DNA of 64,000 nt from Euglena gracilis. Taxonomy: Eukaryota. Position numbers and translations under genes: made by a program. This document shows positions 62,001 to 64,000 of this stretch, one piece after another. The stretch covers positions 2,356,001 through 2,420,000 of the forward strand of contig CP154954.1 of assembly GCA_039621445.1 (NCBI GenBank), read 5' to 3'. Within the stretch, counting starts at the first letter, position 1. Every line of letters starts with the position of its first letter. The notes under the pieces were generated by a model. That model had not been told where the DNA came from, did no database searches, and was given only the letters and a program-made list of their open reading frames with translations.

Positions 62001-62380
62001 GATCAGCCTCACAATGCAGTTCTCGTTTTTCACAAAATGCGCATTCGCAAAATTCAAAATATCGATCACGATCCACTTGTTCACTGTGCGGATCAACCAA
62101 CCACCCCTCACCCAAATGTCGCTATGCGACTCCTCCCCACCCAAGCCAGAGTCATCGCGATATGAGTCGCAGTTCAAAAGATCATACTTCAGCCAAAAGG
62201 CATATGGTAGGTCAAAGAACAACCTCTATCGAGGATTATCACCCGGCTTCGGGCAGGGAGGGGGATGATACCCCACGTAACCAAAGGGATCACCCCTACT
62301 TTAGTGCTCATAAATTCAGAGACGTATATGCGTCAAGAAAGTCAATGGCTGATATGGCCACTGGTTCGTATTTTGAGTAA
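59066..62380 (+). CDS. Intronless 1104-aa retrotransposon Gag-like protein (11-aa N-terminal repeats, coiled coil, capsid-like region, two zinc knuckles)
   Basis: Longest non-repeat ORF in the window. SSIEHPPTQIP-type repeats, PQWDGDPTTWKQFFRDWE (Gag-like), CCHC knuckles CFLCNKKGHISCHC and CSLCGSTNHPSPKC. AT-richer than host exons; its paralog lies upstream of a gypsy integrase. Confidence 0.8.
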   Translation: MQSSSTNTLIDYQELIGSLRSTSHELSQEEYVLQSRYTPSSIEHPPTQIPSSTEHPPTQIPSSIEQPPTLFSSSIEHPPTQITSSNEQFPTHFSSSIEHSPAQWAPLHPSVSSSIEQNIAQLPQPLLLESRSADSFSPQRDLALLPIGTFDSEAVAPHQLFVEGGLETPCFIQPPHALTDPRPIGQLQAPPDTGSFLALPCMDLANLRQGFETPLQAQLPQRIQKVSETVCEIQSRNDANFSQLQHSLQAFSDQLEPITALFEHKNPDMGDFVTLEQFTAFQEAQQRIIQPSRESANFHHMHTQPGEGFASSTYVQQLEERLSRLERKSCRCGENSAEITSFYAHIANIASRQDAYHQRWQNNIVDIQTAIAELQNRNAVPCSHHLEFQRFSADMRDENHQVRKKFCDSPIRTEETVNQQVKNLQKDFSALSAQVSVFLEQPMAENVRNPQNTPPFKPPPQLESISEAVHTLAVRLRELEGGFGNISQDFRSFSDKIPLLDDMSKHRRRIKRLQDDIGAITDHLKVLDDLEKNFRDFTENLDQVHAQLRFLQQKPDMGVVGTLAADFSSKSANSAPVAEPIGTLPQNYDSAHAVVSPPAVPVPMDHFLDDGVGFQEKAKRNPQRNRKIWEYELCRGMSRTAAHGIDPQMHQHHHSRIRDSPSLQGTYGKPSGKLNVHSQITPKSTLGATTEVPAHGAVLRPGPTSLNTTEGPWEFQKDIKGIIAIAKKVKPQWDGDPTTWKQFFRDWEYFWDLKGPTQDGNPEVIKMEFIDCLPKDEKERARQLVIRGRISFQDLVEQYASSCSSLVSRITLEKKWRQYAPHDRKWRSIDLWYSKWLCLAAEVDELGETQMKEQFDAVLLHFIPKLIKEIHREELAGHILTLDERWNYVSKQLKLSQLLGQIQSAYTSHPIAGIPAIQVSSVKKVSRLSHTAMAESKLRNSRSSEEFSDKLCFLCNKKGHISCHCPNPAARKRNASPRGSASQCSSRFSQNAHSQNSKYRSRSTCSLCGSTNHPSPKCRYATPPHPSQSHRDMSRSSKDHTSAKRHMVGQRTTSIEDYHPASGREGDDTPRNQRDHPYFSAHKFRDVYASRKSMADMATGSYFE

Positions 62381-64000
62381 AGACACCCGAATCCCAGGGA
62401 TGCGGACTACAGAGGCTACTAGAAAGGAGGTGACAGGAGTCATGACCCTAGTCATCCCCTGCCCAGTATCCTTTCTGGTCATCGTTCCAGGAGTTTCCGG
62501 TGTCCCCGCTCAAAGTTCTGCCACATTTTTGACAGATAGATAGTGTTTGTGTTTAACGGTTGTTGATGCACTAGGGGATACCCCACGAGTGTCACTTGTG
62601 GTTGAATGGATTTACGCTCAAAGGATGCACACAGCGCCGCAAACTTCTTTCCCCCCCCTCAAACTTCCACTAATCATCACTTTTACATACCGTTTTTGAT
62701 GACAGCAACACCGTTTTCTACAACACCAACACCGTTTTCAACCCGGGGTAAAGAGAAAGTGCCCCCCCTATCCACCGCATATCCACAAACGTTCCACATG
62801 CGGTAGGGGTAACAAGTAGCTTAACCCCTGATCGTTTCACTGGGTTCCAAGACGAAAGCCCAAAGGCCTGAAATTCGAATGGTGTCGAGTAGTCGCCCAG
62901 CTGCTTTCATTTTTCGTTATCCACCAGGTTTGTCGATTGCAGACAATCCTGTGCACCCCCCGCAGCTCAAATTCGCATACAACTTTTCTTACACACTCCA
63001 CCCCCCCAGACCAACATGTGCGACAAGGACAACTACTCAGCACCTCCCCCCAAGGTGTGCACTCTGGGAGAAATTTCCACACAACCAACAACCAAACACA
63101 AAAGGAAATAACTGAAACCAAACTAACCACCACCCCGCGCCTATGGCGCCCCCGCCACTCAAGCGCCTATGGTACCCACCACCCCGCACGCTTTTGGCGC
63201 CTCCCTTCGCATATTGCGCAAAGTGCGTATAGCACAGACGCTGCGCCTATGGCGCCAACCTCCCTCGCGCATAGCGCAAATCTTGCACATAATGCCCCCC
63301 CCCCGCGCTATATGGCGCCTCCAACCACCGCACATATGTCGCTCACACCCCCGCGCATATTGCGCTCCCCACGCGCATAACGCTCATCGCGTGCATATTG
63401 TTTTGCACACCGCGCATAGCGCACACCTCCCCACCGCGCGTATTGCGCAACCCGCAAACAGCCCCCCCCCACCACAACACGCCCCCCCCCCCCCCCCCCC
63501 CCCACCCGTGCATACCGCAAATCTCGCACATTTGCGTACATCTTACAAACGGGTATCTGCCCAACCCAACCATATTCTTTTGGGAATAAGTCCCAAAGAT
63601 TTTTGTGTACATTTCACAATGGCACTTTTGTTGTTGATTTGCAAACCACATGCTCAAAATGCAGTTTTGGTTTACAAAAGCAACAAAAGCAGCCATCCCC
63701 CCTTCTTTGACCACGAACTTGTTAGTCAAATTGGCGAACACCAAAGGTGTTTTGATCATTCAAGCACACAATTGCGCTCACTTCAAAGAAATTTGCAAAA
63801 ACACAAGGTGTGTGATACGTTTTTTGGGATTCATTGCAAATACTGCATTTTTTCTCATGAACTTGCACAGCTTCGTGAAGAACAGCTATTTTGTGAACAA
63901 AATGGCCATTTTCTTATTGCAGAAGTGAATCCTAATAGGGAAATAAGTTGAATTGCTTGAGAAAATCTGCAACATAGTTGCCCCCCCCATTTTTGTGGAC

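Noticed and set aside
63169-63951. 260-aa ORF as pol or a separate gene
   Set aside because: Low-complexity gcgcata repeats and C-runs, with no recognisable domain.

Overview
Eukaryotic nuclear DNA, most likely from a euglenid (inferred from the mix of GT-AG introns and euglenid-type nonconventional introns with NNN-CAG...CTG-NNNNN ends). Small GC-rich exons sit in AT-richer, repeat-saturated introns. Three host genes are visible: a minus-strand hypothetical protein with a YYLHSKG/WREFM motif (~50-8500), the C-terminal exons of a P4-type ATPase flippase (minus, ~13300-19281), and a large plus-strand Pro-rich/coiled-coil gene with a triplicated three-exon module (25948 to beyond 53110). The right end holds a decayed chromodomain-bearing Ty3/Gypsy-like retroelement containing a 7x77-bp array, head-to-head with a related 1104-aa Gag-like ORF. 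Main observation: several families of hAT-like MITEs (CAGG...CCTG termini, 8-bp target-site duplications) occur both in non-coding DNA and inside exons. The 3+5 nt geometry of nonconventional introns equals one 8-bp TSD, so splicing would remove the element without a scar. A young example is 27529-27934. All gene models are hand-derived without transcript data, and most ORF-track entries are artefacts of repeats.
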